DNA of 64,000 nucleotides, taken from assembly GCF_006345805.1 (NCBI RefSeq), contig NC_043010.1, positions 50,592,001-50,656,000 on the forward strand, read 5' to 3'. This DNA is from Octopus sinensis (taxonomy: Eukaryota). Made by a program: the position numbers and the translations under genes. Of this stretch, positions 62,476 to 64,000 are shown piece after piece. How positions within the stretch are numbered: the stretch's first letter is position 1; each line of letters begins with the position of its first letter. Below the pieces are notes generated by a model. It was not told the origin of the DNA. It did no database searches and worked only from the letters and a program-made list of their open reading frames with translations.

Positions 62476-63115
62476 GACTGTCAACATTATATATATATAT
62501 ATTGGTAAAAACAGTAAGATAACAAAAGAAAGAAAGAGGCCTCAATATTATGTAAATAGAGGAAATTTATCTGTAAAATAATGTGACAATTATTCACTAG
62601 CCAAGATAAAACTCTGAGCTTCGGATGCCGAGGTGGAAATCCACAACACCATCTCTTCGGTTATCTGGCCATCTGAAAAGTCACATATTATTTTAGATAT
62701 ATATATATATATATATATGCATGTACAGTCACACATTTGGTGCTTTAGTGTGGATCTGCCCATACTACAGCACTACTCGAAAATTCCTTTACGTACATTT
62801 ATACACTCTTATGCTCCCATAGTGAAACTTTACCGACTGTCCTTCCAACACACTCCATATTCGGTGGGTTTTTTTTGGGGTGGGGGGTTAGTATACAGAT
62901 GCTTACAACAAAACTTAACTCCCCCTCCCTATATTTCCTTGTTATTGTTGAATCAATTTTGACATGCATGGAAGAAGTCATAGCTGTCTATGACTGATTT
63001 TATAAACATTTACAATGAAAATGTTTTAATAAAAATGTTAAACTGAATTTTTGAATTGTGTGAATTCTTATTTGAATAGCTTGGTTATCTCTCTCCCACT
63101 CTTTATATATATATA

Positions 63116-63496
63116 ACAAGCAAAACGCCCCCTGTCCAATGCTGAGTTGTCAAGCATTTAAACCAAATTTTCTCAAAACAACTTGTCCAACCGTCCCATT
63201 ATGTGGCATTATTTCAAGCCACCTGGCTTCTTTTGCGCAAACTGCACATGCATTTTTCTTGTGTATGCGTAGTATCAATTGCAACAGCTGATGTACTTGT
63301 GCATACAATTGCATGTTCCCATGGCTTTATCAATCGCATTCTCACCTGGAATCAATTTTTGTAATTTTTTCAAGACTTATACATGCCCTCATACCATCGG
63401 TATCTACATATCAAATTTGAATGCAATCAGATGGAGGATGCCCGAGATCCTAGATGACACACACACACACAGACAGAATGGATTTAATATAATAGA
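63116..63496 (-). mobile_element. Non-autonomous Helitron/DINE-like element
   Basis: On the minus strand: 5' A|TCTATTATA, then ctgtctgtgtg, ending ...CTTG|T. Confidence 0.5.
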
Positions 63497-63559
63497 TCTG
63501 TTGGCCAAGAGCTTGAATATTCATCTGCTAATGCCTGAAACAAAGTTTCTAATTATAAC

Positions 63560-63960
63560 AGGGTTTTAAGTTCATGGATGTATACAGCTTCCTCATTAGA
63601 CTTTCTGTAGGGGTAGTACTTACCCATGCTCAGGTTGGCTGTAATCGTTATGGACGGGCTGAAATCCTTGAATATTTTTATTAAGTCCTTCCTGGACTTG
63701 TCCATGACATGGCTGTTCATGTGGCTTGAGATTACCAGGCCATTGTCCCTATAGAGGGCTGACCTATGTGGATGTGTGCTTCTCTTGAGGGTGTCCAAGA
63801 TGAATAACCTGACGAGGTTGGCAATCTCAGCCCTCTTGTAGCTCCCCATAGAGACATTGAGCAGTGGATCACCTTTCTTCACCCAGAAGGAATCGTGGAC
63901 AAGCATTAACTTTCTGGGATTCAAGATTTCTTATACTAGTGAAGTGTTCAACAAAACTTA
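63560..63960 (-). mobile_element. Penelope-like element reverse-transcriptase fragment (decayed)
   Basis: WVKKGDPLLNVSMGSYKRAEIANLV...LYRDNGL...RKDLIKIFK...YYPYRKSNEE..YIH, matching the PLE RT pattern MGSYDGAE...LYRDDGL; catalytic DD has become DN. Confidence 0.85.
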
Positions 63961-64000
63961 AGGTCTTCGGTGGGTGGGTGGCGAGGTAGTGTCTTTGGTA

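Overview
AT-rich, repeat-dense animal genomic DNA. The SINE families and (TA)n/(CA)n load point to an Octopus species (inference, not a database result). The one clear host gene is a plus-strand ENTPD4/7-like Golgi/lysosomal nucleoside-diphosphatase (GDA1/CD39 family). I reconstructed it by hand as 10 GT-AG coding exons, 23791-54180: 2049 nt, 682 aa, all five apyrase conserved regions and two TM helices. Intron 4 holds a further frame-preserving 174-nt exon (40068-40241) encoding an N-glycosylation-rich loop that the ORF track misses. Weak evidence suggests a second, minus-strand gene at the left end. The rest is mobile DNA: tRNA-head SINEs; CR1, RTE, RLE-type and Penelope-like retroelement fragments; Helitrons; and mariner, Tigger, piggyBac, hAT and Mutator-type MITEs. 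The most interesting hidden layer is about eight hammerhead-ribozyme-like motifs in short Penelope-type fragments, in at least three families. They show variant cores (CUGUNGA, CCGANGA), an extra nucleotide after A9, palindromic stem III, one compensatory stem II change, one ~58-nt stem II and one back-to-back pair. Nearly all other ORFs in the track are spurious microsatellite or SINE read-throughs. Repeat boundaries without a TSD or TIR are approximate.
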